Shown here piece by piece: positions 49,857 through 62,092 of a DNA stretch of 64,000 nt (within the stretch, counting starts at the first letter, position 1; each line of letters opens with the position of its first letter). This stretch comes from Mustelus asterias (taxonomy: Eukaryota): the NCBI RefSeq assembly GCF_964213995.1, contig NW_027590155.1:620001-684000 (forward strand), read 5' to 3'. The notes below the pieces were generated by a model. The model was not told the DNA's origin. It did no database searches and saw only the letters and a list, made by a program, of their open reading frames with translations. A program made the translations under genes and the position numbers.

Positions 49857-52153
49857 ACAGGACAGGCATGTGCCTGTAAAAAAGAAGGATAGGAAGGGTA
49901 GGATTCGAGAACCGTGGATAACCAGGGAAATTGAGGGACTGGTCAAAAAGAAAAGAGATGCGCATGTTAGGTCCAGGCAGCTAAAAACGGAGGGAGCTCT
50001 GGAGGAGTACAAAGAAAGTAGGAAAGAACTCAAACGGGGAATTAGCAGAGCAAAAAGGGGTCACGAAATGTTCTTGGCAGACAGGATTAAGGAGAATCCC
50101 AAGGCATTTTATTCATACATTAGGAACAAAAGGGTTGTCAGGGAAAAGATCGGACCTCTCAGGGACAAAAGTGGGGAATTATGCTTGGAGCCCAAAGAAG
50201 TAGGGGAGATCCTAAATGAATACTTTGCGTCGCTATTCACAAAGGAGAGGGATGTGTTGACTGGGAGTGTCTCGGAGGGGAGTGTTGAACCGTTGGAGAA
50301 AATCTCCATTCCAAAGGAGGAAGTGTTAGGTTTGTTAGAGAATATAAAGACTGACAAATCCCCAGGGCCTGATGGAACCTATCCAAGCCTGCTCAGGGAG
50401 ACGAGAGATGAAATCGCTGGGCCTCTGACGCAAATCTTTGTCTCGTCACTGGATGCAGGTGGGGTCCCAGAGGATTGGAGGATAGCTAATGTGGTCCCGT
50501 TATTTAAGAAGGGTAGGAAGGATAACCCGGGTAATTATAGGTCGGTGAGCTTGACGTCCGTGGTGGGGAAGTTGTCGGAGAAGATTCTTAGAGATAGGAT
50601 GTATGCGCATTTAGAAAGGAATAAACTCATTAACGATAGTCAGCATGGTTTTGTGAGAGGGAGGTCATGCCTCACTAACCTGGTGGAGATTTTTGAAGAA
50701 GTGACCAGAATGGTTGACGAGGGAAGGGCCGTGGATGTCGTCTATATGGACTTTAGTAAAGCGTTTGACAAAATCCCTCATGGTAGGCTGGTGAAAAAGC
50801 TTGGATCTCATGGGATAAAGGGGGAGGTGGCTAGATGGGTGGAGAACTGGCTTGGTCACAGAAGTCATGATGTGGAGATGCCGGCGTTGGACTGGGGTAA
50901 ACACAGTAAGAAGTTTAACAACACCAGTTTAAAGTCCAACAGGTTTATTTGGTAGCAAAAGCCACACAAGCGTTCGGAGCTGCAAGCCCCTTCTTCAGGT
51001 GTGAAGAAGGGGCTTGCAGCTCCGAAAGCTTGTGTGGCTTTTGCTACCAAATAAACCTGTTGGACTTTAACCTGGTGTTGTTAAACTTCTTACTTGGTCA
51101 CAGAAGACAGAGGGTGGTAGTGGAAGGGTCTTTTTCCGGCTGGAGGCCTGTGACTAGTGGTGTTCCACAGGGCTCTGTATTGGGACCTCTGCTGTTTGTG
51201 ATTTATATAAATGATCTGGAAGAAGGTGTAACTGGGGTGATCAGTAAGTTTGCGGACGACACAAAATTGGCAGGACTTGCAGATAGTGAGGAGCATTGTC
51301 AGAGGCTACAGAAGGATATAGATAGGCTGGAAATTTGGGCAAAGTAATGGCAGATGGAGTTCAATCCTGATGAATGCGAAGTGATGCATTTTGGTAGAAA
51401 TAATGTAGGGAGGAGCTATACGATAAATGGCAGAACCATAAAGGGTGTAGATACGCAGAGGGACCTGGGTGTGCAAGTCCACAGATCCTTGAAGGTGACG
51501 TCACAGGTGGAGAAGGTGGTGAAGAAGGCATGTGGCATGCTTGCCTTTATAGGACGGGGCATAGAGTATAAAAGTTGGGGTCTGATGTTGCAGATGCATA
51601 GAACGTTGGTTCGGCCGCATTTGGAATACTGCGTCCAGTTCTGGTCGCCACACTACCAGAAGGACGTGGAGGCTTTGGAGAGAGTACAGAGGAGGTTTAC
51701 CAGGATGTTGCCTGGTATGGAGGGGCTTAGTTATGAGGAGAGATTGGGTAAACTGGGGTTGTTCTCCCTGGAAAGACGGAGGATGAGGGGAGACTTAATA
51801 GAGGTGTATAAAATTATGAACGGCATAGATAGGGTGAACGGTGGGAAGCTTTTCCCCAGGTCGGTGGTGACGTTCATGAGGGGTCATAGGTTCAAGGTGA
51901 AGGGGGGGAGGTTTAACAGAGATATCAGAAGGACATATTTTACACAGAGGGTGGTGGGGGCCTGGAATGCGCTGCCAGGCAACGTGGTGGAGGCGGACAC
52001 ACTGGGAACGTTTGAGACTTATCGAGACAGCCATATGAACGGAGTGGGAATGGAGGGATACAAAAGAATGGTCTAGTTTGGACCAGGGAGCGGCGCGGGC
52101 TTGGAGGGCCGAAGGGCCTGTTCCTGTGCTGTATTGTTCTTTGTTCTTTGTTG
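49857..52153 (+). mobile_element. CR1 LINE (same subfamily as 2826-7588) interrupted by a Penelope-type insert
   Basis: RT ORFs 49807-50955 and 50949-52076; (TTCTTTG)n tail. Confidence 0.95.
50865..51092. mobile_element. Penelope-type palindromic insert with hammerhead motif
   Basis: 14-bp target-site duplication CTTGGTCACAGAAG (50851-50864 / 51093-51106); inverted repeat centred at ~51000; same family as 33810-34029. Confidence 0.85.
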
Positions 52154-55100
52154 TTCATTCACAATTTAATAATTCATTCAGCAGTTCTCAAACATTCATA
52201 ATGATTAGCATATTAAAATTACTTTCCGGAAGGCAGGCGATGTTGTCATGGCCATCATTTTTTCTCCTTTGCTCTTTGCATTCAGTAAACTAGTGGTTAG
52301 CCACCTTCTTGACCCGCTGCACAACCTGCAGTGTAGGCACACCCACAGTGCTGTTAGGGAGGGTGCTCCTGAATTCCGACGCAGCGACAGTAAATGAACG
52401 GCAATATATGGCCAAGTCAAGTTTATGAGTGTGTTGGAGTGGAATTTCCAGGCGGGTTTGTTCCAATTCCCCAATTATCATCAATTCATAGAGATAAACA
52501 GTTATTTCATCAAATATATTCAGCATTTGGATAAAAGCAAATTCTGGAAACTGAAACAAAAATAATAAATGCTGGAAAATCTCAACGGGTCTGATAGCAT
52601 CTGTGGAGAGAGAATAGAGCCAACGTTTTGAGTCAGGATGACCATTTTTTATTTGGAGAAAATTGAAGAGGGTGATGAAATTGAGAAATGTTGAGGGTGG
52701 ATAGGGCGAAGGAAGTTTTTTTAGGATATAGTTAATGATTGAGGCGTTGATTAGGTTAGCTAGGATGGAGAAGTTGATTATGATATTTAGAATCGGTATT
52801 TGAATTGATACAACTTGTGTGTGACTCTAAATAGTGTATATAATTAAACAGTATCGATTTGAACTATTCCCATTTCACAGGAAAGTTATGCAGCTTCTCT
52901 GACACATTATTAGAAACAATGATGATCTCTCCAACGCATCAGGAATACTCTGCCGAAGCGTCATCCAGACTCGAAACGTTGGCTCTATTCTGTCTCCACA
53001 GTGGTTGTCAGAATTGCTGAGATTTTCCAGCATTTTGTTTGTTTTCAGTATTTCATTCTATTCAACATATAATTGTACTTTGCTTCGTATGATTTATTGA
53101 TATGAACATTTATTGACATTGTATTGGCCTTTTTGTTAGCAAGGAATATAATCTGTCCCAGAATTCAGTGGGAAATGGAATTGATTCAGACCGACGATAA
53201 TGAGCAGCTCTCTCGCAGCCTCTGTGCTTTATTAACAATTAATCACCTCATCATCACACAGAAACATATCTGGAGTGTGCGATGATTTTCAAAGAGTTGA
53301 GATAAATGAAACTATCTGTACCTCATGTGAAGTTACTGAAGCTTTAAATCCCGATTCTTTATGACTCTGTTTTGGGAAATGAGGTCACACTTGTAGTTGT
53401 CCAGTGAGTTTCACAATATCTCTGTTGCCAGATTATTTACTTTTCAGCCTGTTACCTTCACTAATTTGGGTGAGGGCATGTTGAGTGATTTGTTGCACAG
53501 ATAGAACCACACGTTTGAAATACTACAATCCTTGCTCCTCAACCTAATCACGTTCCCTCTTTCTATCTTGGGTATGAAGATTCAGCATCAGCAGAGAAAT
53601 GACCCATCCGAGCCGCAGGAAAATGTCCTTCTCTTCGTGAGGATCAGCTTGCTAACTCCCGAGCAAATCGGAACGTATTTCACCCAGAAACTCTGGAAGA
53701 ATTGGAGGTATTAGCCTGACACAAATGGAATAAAGGAGCTTCTTCAATTTATGAAGCAGCCAAGCACAAATATGGGAATGTAGAACAGCATCTTTCAGTA
53801 CCATCTACCAATGCATCCATCAATCCATTCACTGATTCCTCAATCAAAATATTCAGCCATCAAACTGTCATTCATCCAACTATCATTCATTCAACTATCA
53901 TTCATTCCTGCATCAACACAGTCATGCATTTATTGTTTGCATAGATGGTGACGTAATATTACTTTATTTAGGCCAGTGATCCAGAGGCCCAGGACAATGA
54001 TGTGAGGACACGGATTTAAATCGGACCATTGCCCCTGGTGGAATTTGAATTCAATTAATAAATCTGGAATAGATACTATTGGGACCATAGGAACCTCTCT
54101 AATTCCCCAATGAAAGAAATCTGCCATGGCTACCTGGACTCACAAGGATGTGACTCCCGATGGACAACAAAATGGCTGACTCTTTAATATCTTCAGAAGT
54201 GGCCTAGAAAACCAGGCAGTTCAAGGGAATTTGGGACAGGCAAAAAGTGCTGGTCTTTCCACCAACTCAAGCATCCCATGGAAAGGTAAAGGGAACGAGA
54301 ACACAAACATACATGTTAATGTATTACAACATGTGTCCTCACTCTGACTCATCTCTCAGAGTCTGCCTGTAATTCTTTCTATCCATCCATCACAATATCA
54401 TGATGTGTTGGAAAAATCATCATTGCTTCGAACAGGGTGCCGGAGAACCTGCATAACTTTCCTTTCATGAGAGATGGGAAAAACTCATCCAGATTTACAA
54501 CTTTAAAAAATTAAAGTGCCTCCAGTACTGTTGCTCGGTAGATGTGTTTACAAATGGGCCCCATTGACAATGTGAAGGGTTTTAAGTTGGCTTGCAGCCA
54601 AGCAGTCACTACTGAGGAAAGAGATCTTTGATTTACTGCACAAACAAAGCCAGATGCTTCCTGTCAATAACTTTGAGCATTTGGCAGAAGGCTGGATTGC
54701 TGCGAAATACTGTGTGGGACAGATTCGCGTGAACCTGAATGGACAAGATGGGATTCAGACATTTAAACAATAAATGTTTCATTCGCAAAAGAAAGACACA
54801 TTTTAAATCGTAATCATTCAAATCAAATATTTTCATTCAGTGTCCTGTTCATTATGTGAGTAAATAGTATCGCAAAACAATAAAGTGACCAGATGCTTTT
54901 TCATTTGTATAACTTCCAAGTAAATGCCATTCCAATAATTAAAGTCTGTTTATTAACCACTTCATAAAATGCGACAGAGAGACGTTGATGGTCCCAATTC
55001 CCCAGTCAATTGAGATCAGAGCAATGGCCAAAAATGCATCGAAATAATATTAAAAGCACATCATAAAACTGACATGAACAGCGGGGATTCCTGGAATATT

Positions 55101-56190
55101 CTGAAAATTCTGTATCGCATTTAAACAGCAGCGTCTCTTGTACGTGATTAATACCCTATTCTATTGTACAGTATAATCTGATTTCCATTATTGAAGGGTT
55201 CCTCTCATAGCTGCCAATGAGTGGAGAAATGATCAGGTCATAACCTGATTCAATGGAAGATAAAACATTTATTCTTGTAATTTTGTGTAATGTGCCGCAA
55301 AGTCCTGATATCCTGTGTTCCCAACACCAGTGAATGTTCGACAGCTGGTGGCCAATAGAGTGAGCTGCAATGATTTGGATGCTGAAGGAGAACTTTAATG
55401 ATCTCCGTGTCCGTTCCATTAATTAACTTCTCTGTCAAAATTCGATTTAAGTTTATGTCTCTCTGTCAACTCACTATTCGATTATCCGGAGGGCGGGATT
55501 CTTATTATTTTCAAAGGGCTGTCTTCGAGATTGTGCAGTTTGACAAATAGAAGGAGAAAAACTGTATTGTGTGAGAGTTTCTTCTCATCTCCAATCCCAA
55601 ATTATCCAGTGATAGCCATCCACACTGTAAATAGAATCACTTTGTTCATCCCCCACGTTTAGTAACAGAAATCGATAACAATTATTCTGATAAATTATGC
55701 TTTATTATTATAATGTGACAGAGACCAGGGATTGTTGCAAAATAGACTGATTGTCTCTTTATTTTCCGAAAATGTTATTTCATCATTTTCAGATGTATGT
55801 TCTTGTTAGGGGCGTGGTAATAAAAGCACCATACTTACAATGGAATTCGTTTTTTCTTTTAAATAAAGGATGATGAACTGCAATATCACCATCAGAAATA
55901 ATGGAGACAATATAATGAACATATTCAGCCAAACAAATATCCCGACACAAATAAAATGCCAATTTTAATATTAACCTACTGTAAATCTCGGAGTCCATTC
56001 TGTTGGGGTGTGGAAGGTGGGACGAATCCAGTCGCCGCCTCCAGCAGGGAATCAACAGGCGGCGCCTCGAAAGCCGCACCCTGCTGCCGGGTATTTAAAT
56101 GCCGCTCAGTGGGACCGGAATCCAACAGTCTAGGAGCTGGTTTGTTCACTGAGTTCCTGACACAACCATTTCCCCCAATTTACCAGAAGG

Positions 56191-56661
56191 ATGAGGTCGG
56201 CGATTTCTCTCAGTTTGTTGCTGACTTTCTTATCCGGTGAGTAGTTTTTATTGTCCAAGTCTCTAACTGTTAGTGTTCGTCTATCTCTGGAATATTCCAG
56301 AGTCAGCAATCACTTCACCAGAATTAATCCTCGGCGTTTTTAATCTATTTTTACAGGTGTCTAGATGCAGGTCGTGTTGACTCAGTCAGAGGCAGAGACC
56401 GGACGTCCGGGAGGCTCCCTGAAACTGACCTGTAAAACCAGCGGCTTCAGCCTTGGTAGCGCTTACATACGGTGGATCCGACAGGTTCCCGGACAGGGTC
56501 TGGAGTGGCTGCTTCAGTACGACGGTTCATCCAGCAACTACTACGCGCCTGGAATTCAAAATCGATGTACTCCGTCGAAAGACACTTCTAACAGCATCTT
56601 CGCTTTGGAAATTACTAACCTGAAGGCTGAAGACACCGCCATCTATTACTGTTCAAGACAC
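56191..56661 (+). pseudogene. IGHV: IgM-type VH segment (leader 56191-56236, V exon 56357-56661) with a nonsense codon in the leader
   Basis: [69 protein letters not shown]...[10 protein letters not shown] has a shark IgM VH-type framework. TAG is at 56362-56364; TATA-like TATTTAAAT at ~56092. Confidence 0.92.
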
Positions 56662-56700
56662 CACAGCGAGAGGAACCAGGGCTGCACCCGAACAAGAACA
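56662..56700 (+). other. 23-RSS of the VH
   Basis: CACAGCG (56662-56668), 23-nt spacer, ACAAGAACA (56692-56700). Confidence 0.9.
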
Positions 56701-57025
56701 GCTCCGGAGGGAATGCAACAGCTTCCAGCGTAACCTGAAGGTCAGTACTTGTTTTAAATGTGATATTAATAGCAGAGTTCATAACCGGCCCACAAACCTA
56801 AGAGAACGAAACTGCAACACAAAACCTAACAAGCATACCCATGTAATTGGATGTGGTATTTTCTCTGTATATACTTTTAAAAGTTTCAGCAACGACAGAC
56901 CTGAATATAACGCTCGTTTTAATGTATCTGACACTTTGGATAAGGTTGTGTTCATTGTATTTTGAAAAAGTACTGCATATATTCTAAACTGGTTCGGAAG
57001 TAAATGTGTTCTGGAGAGTGAGTGC

Positions 57026-57053
57026 AGTTTTTGTGCGGGTATGTGTTACTGTG
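57026..57053 (+). other. 12-RSS facing the VH
   Basis: AGTTTTTGT (57026-57034), 12-nt spacer GCGGGTATGTGT, TACTGTG (57047-57053). Confidence 0.92.
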
Positions 57054-57109
57054 ATACATCAGTGGTACTGGGTACTGGGGACAAGGTACCATGGTGACGG
57101 TGACTGCAG
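57054..57109 (+). CDS. IGHJ: Pre-joined IgH D(-D)-J block
   Basis: a-TAC ATC AGT GGT ACT GGG TAC TGG GGA CAA GGT ACC ATG GTG ACG GTG ACT GCA G|GTAAG = YISGTGYWGQGTMVTVTA, with a WGxG JH motif and phase-1 donor. There is no RSS between the D-like and J parts. Confidence 0.88.
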
Positions 57110-57589
57110 GTAAGAACCATGTAATTATTTAGTAACTGTTTTACTTGAGTTTTTGTTTTATATTTTTTTATGGATTTTACTAATTTGTTCAATGCAATGA
57201 GGTTTGCTGGATTCTGTGCTGAAAATCTTCACAATGTTTCATGTGATTCTGCTTAAAATGGGGTTATGAAATTCTACTGTTAATTGACAAAAGGTGATGC
57301 TGAGTGATTCAGTCCCTGGTAGTTGTATTTTGGTGTTGATCTGCCAAGACATTATGTGGCTGGGTTACTTTGAATGCCCAACTTCTGGTTACCAGTCCGG
57401 CGTTTCTGCAATGCTTAAACTCGGGGACATCTAGTGGCTGCGGGTTGTACCATCCAATGCACACGCATTTGAAATTTAACCCAATACTAACAAAATGGGT
57501 TAAACTTTCTGTATTAATTTAGTGATCATGTTCCGCTTAGTCAAAATGCTGGTGTTGTTATGACATATTTCTGTTCATTTTAATTATTG

Positions 57590-60500
57590 ATTAGTTTGGT
57601 GGTCGTCGGATTGGCTGGATTTTAAATTGAGATTTTCTTGCAATGCTACATTTGATTCTGTTGGAAGTGTTTGTGGAATTGAACTACTTCTGCATGAAAC
57701 AGGGTTAGTCCCTCAGTGATGTGAATCTCTGGTGAGGAGATTGTGTGTCTGGGTGAGTTCCAGTAAGTAAAATTTGTGAAATAGTTCGGCGATTCTGCAT
57801 TGTTTAAACTCGGCGACACTGAGCTGTTACACGCGTTGTGATTTAATACAGTCTCCGGGCGTTAAACTGCTTGACGCATGATTGCAGACAGAAATCAGGC
57901 AGGCTTTATTCAATTTGTATTTTTGTTTCAATCTTAAATGATAATTGCAGGTTAAACTAAACCACGGTTTACTCCGTTCAGAACAAATCTTGCCACTGCA
58001 ATCACGATTTGGGATACATGCAATGTTTAACCTCGGTGGCATATGATGGCTGCAGCTTTTACCATCCAAATGTTTAAATATGTTTACTTCTGTTTGAAAT
58101 ATGACCCAATATGAAAAAAAATTGATAAAGTTTCAACATTAATTGGTTGGACATGCTCCACCTCCTCGCAATGCTATTGCTATTATTCCAGATTTCTGTT
58201 CAGTTTAATAATTCATACATTTGGTCAGGAGCTGGTTTGCTGGATGCGTTATTGAGATTTTCTTGCAATGTTACATTTAATTCTGTTGAATGTGGAATTG
58301 AGCTGCTTCTCCGTGAAATGGAGTCACTCGCTCAGTGATGTGCATTGGTGTATTTCTGTTGAGGAGATTCTGTGGCGAGGTCAAGATGAATGTTTAAATG
58401 TGTGAAATGGTTTGGCGTTTCGGCAATGTTTCTGCATTGTTTGAACTCGGTGGCATTGAGCGGTTACACGTTTCCTGGCTGAATACAAACTATGAGTTTG
58501 ACAATCCTTGCAGGGAGAATACAGGCAGGTTTGGGAAAAATAAAATAAAGATATTACAGCATTGTTATACATTTTAAATAACACTTACAAATTAAAATAA
58601 ATCACGGCTTACAACGCTCATTCGGACACTAAGTCATTGCTGCAATCATAAGCTTCTCATTAACAAGTTTGATAGTTTGAGAGTAAAATTAATGTAAATC
58701 AAGCAATTATTAATCGGTAATATAACTCCATAGTGACACCAAAGATTATTTTACATTAATATAATTGAGCATTAATCACCGTTAATAGTTCTGCTGTGCT
58801 ACGCACTCAATTAACATGACCAGAAAAGTTTCGTGAATATTTTGTGAAATTCCAGAAACAGTTTCAATGGTGACGTGCTGTTTCCAAAGCAGCGTTCAGT
58901 TTAACAAGATATTTTGCATTAATCGTTACCTCCCTGATTAAGTCCGCATTCACTGGAATACGAGTTTTGGGGAATAAGACATTGCTATTTGGCAATTTAT
59001 GTATGCAGTTTTCACATTCTTCCTGTGCAGGCGCAACCAGATTATTCCTTCCAAGCAATTTGTATTTGGATATCGAGATAATTAATCACTAATCTAATCT
59101 TAAAATTTGTGAAATGGTTTGGCGTTTTTCAATTGTTTCTGTATTTTTTAAATCTCAGTGATACTGAGCGGTTACATGTTTTCTGGCTAAATGAATAAAG
59201 AAACTGCCTTTGAAAATTCTTGTCGGGATAAAACAAACAGGTTTCAGAAAAATAAAATAAATATATGTTAGAGCATTTTCTTCATGTTAACTGATGCTTA
59301 CATGTTAAAATAAAATATGAATTACAATTCTTACTGTGACACTGTATCGCTGTTAGGGGCATTACACTGCCCTGAATCTGTTATATTTGATGCGCTCATT
59401 TTCAGAAAAATTACATTTTTGCCCAGTTTTCCAGATTTGCGACAGACAGGGAGAGATAGTTAAAAGTCGAAGGGAGTTTTGAAATTAATATGTTCAATTT
59501 AAAATGAGTTATTGTTTTTTGTCGTTGTAATTTGACCATTGAGCAATTAAAATCAAAGAGGTTGAATAAATTTGACAGATTGAACAGAGTTATCTGACAG
59601 ATGGAATTCACTACCACTCAAGTAATTGTTCATATAATCGTGTTTGAATTGTCGTAAGGTGTGACCAGAAACTGGCTAGAGATTGAGAAGTTAATACTTG
59701 AAATTCAAAAAGATTAATTTGTATAAAAATATTATATTTATATTATAAGTATTATAAAAATAACGTTTGCTCTGCACTTAATAATAGCATCCTGTCTCCC
59801 ATTACTGCTGAGCACAGGATAGAACAATGTGTTGCACAAATGACAGAATAGAATAATTGATCCTATATTAACCTGATGTTTAATTCTTATCAATATTATA
59901 CTGAAGAAAATGTCTGGACTTGTATTGTGCATCATGTTTCAGTGTTGCAGAGGATTTGAATCAATTGTCCTCATTGTGTTTTGCACTACTTAATTCAGAT
60001 CTTCTTTAATTAAACAAATAATTAAGCAGTTAAATTATATGGATGGTCTAAATTATTAATTCTCGGAAGCAGTTTTATAGATTTCAAAATGTCAGGCCGT
60101 TATAGGAAATACGAATTCAGAAGCATGCATTTTTGACGCATTTGTAGGTTATAATAAGGCATTTGGAGTAAAAGTGAAAAAGTAAAATTTTACAATGTGA
60201 TTAGATTTAAGCAAATGAATTACATGTGTCTGAACCTTTCCAGTCAATAATTTGATGTTATTGTTTAACAGTGTTTGAGTTTTAATTGGAACGTAATTAT
60301 TTAACAATGATAGAGGCAGAATCAAGTTTTGAATGATTGAAAATTGATTTTATTACAGAGTACAAATCAGCTAACAGGAGAACTAACTGGCAATTAACAA
60401 TAAGTTAAAATATAATATTGGTGCTAAATAATTCAGAACAAAAGGCCTTGAATAGTGCACTGGCGTGCAAAATATCATCTGTTTTAGAGAATATTTAATT

Positions 60501-60930
60501 GTATCAAAATTAATTCAGAAGCAAAACATTTTTTACCCTGCTGTGCCCAGCTCGTTAAGCTGTTTTGCCTCGAATATTTTGTTGATTATGATTAATTAAG
60601 AAATTCGATTGAAACAGGTAATGATTTTGAATGTAAATGTTTCTTGGTTCTTTTAATTGTGACTGTGTCACTGCATCTCTGTTAGGGACATTGAACTATC
60701 CTGAATCTGTTATTCGTGATGTGCTCATTTTCAGTGAAATTACATTTTTACATAGTTTTTGAGAATTAGACAGAAAGAGAGAAATAGTTAAAAGTCGAAG
60801 GGAGTTTTGAATGAATATCAGATTAATTTCAAAGAGGTTATTGATTTTCTGTTGTTGTAAGTTGATTAACTTACGATCAGAATCCAACAGTTTGAATGAA
60901 ATTGACAGATTGAACAGATCTATCTGCTGG
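57590..60930. repeat. Internal duplications in the AT-rich J-C intron
   Basis: ~57600-57830, ~58215-58600 and ~59100-59320 are related; ~59335-59610 and ~60660-60930 are related. Confidence 0.75.
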
Positions 60931-62092
60931 GAACTCGATTGTTGCATCGTTTGTGCTTGTTCTGTTTCTGTGGGCGTGGTGCCATGTTGGGACCAGGAAT
61001 CTGCCTAACTCGTTATAAACTTTCTGGTTCCTTCTCCTGTATTTCAGGGAGTGAAATTTGATTTATTTCTTCAATAAACTTGTATCTTTTTGGAATGTGA
61101 CAGGTTGACTTGGTGTTTGACTCGGCGTCTCACAGATGAGATCCCTAAAGCACATTGTGACCGTTAGAGAGAGCAGAACCGTCAGACTGTAGAGGGAGAT
61201 TTGGTTGATTTTTAACCAGTGATGTACCGGCCTTGGGAAGTTTCGATGAGCAAATGCAAAGGGAGATTTACTATATTGTGCTCCATACTCTAGCAGTCCC
61301 TGACCTGTTCAGTAGGACAGTTCGAGGGTCAAACACGTTTGTATCTTATTTTTAATTTCTAAAGGCAATTTAGAGTCGCTTGCCAAACCGGAATTTTAAA
61401 TCTGTCCCTAATTGTTCCTTGGGAAAGAATTGACATGAATTATCCTTGAATAACTGCAGTCCATATGGTGAAGGCATCTGCCGAGCTGTTACGTAGGGAG
61501 TTCCAGGATTTTGACCCAGCGACTGTGAAGGAACTGAGATATTGTTTCAAGTCAGGGTGGTGTGTGTCTTGGAGGGGAGCTTGCAGGTTGTAGTGTTCCT
61601 ATGCGCTGTTCTCGTTGCCCTGTTAGGATGTAAAGGCAGAGGGTTTAGACAATGCTTTCAAGGGAGTCTTGCTGAGTTGCTGCAGTGCATCTTCTATATG
61701 ATACACACTGCTGTCACTGCTTGTTCGTGATGGACAGAGGGAATGCGGTAAATGAGGGGCAGGTAATCTTGTGGGTCGCTTTGTCCTGGATTCTGTCGAA
61801 TTTCTTGAGGTTTTTACAAGTTTCCCTGATTGAGGCAAATGGAAATTATTCAATTAAGACTGATTTGTGAAAGATTTAAATTCTTGTCCGTCTTGTGTTC
61901 GCTTGTCACTGACTGTGAGAGTGGATGAGGATGTGTGTGGAGTGTGTGGTTGATATTAGAAACTGAATCAGTCAGATAGAGACTTAAATACATCAGACCT
62001 CTCACACATATAAATACACAAATGCACATTCTCATATTCTCTCACACATGCGCGCGTGCGCACACGCACATACACACAGACATATACAGATA

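Noticed and set aside
53531-53580. Leader-like hydrophobic stretch with a possible GT donor
   Set aside because: No ATG and no downstream V exon found.
59010-59080. Acceptor-like site as Cmu1 start
   Set aside because: The following frames show no C1-set Cys/Trp pattern.
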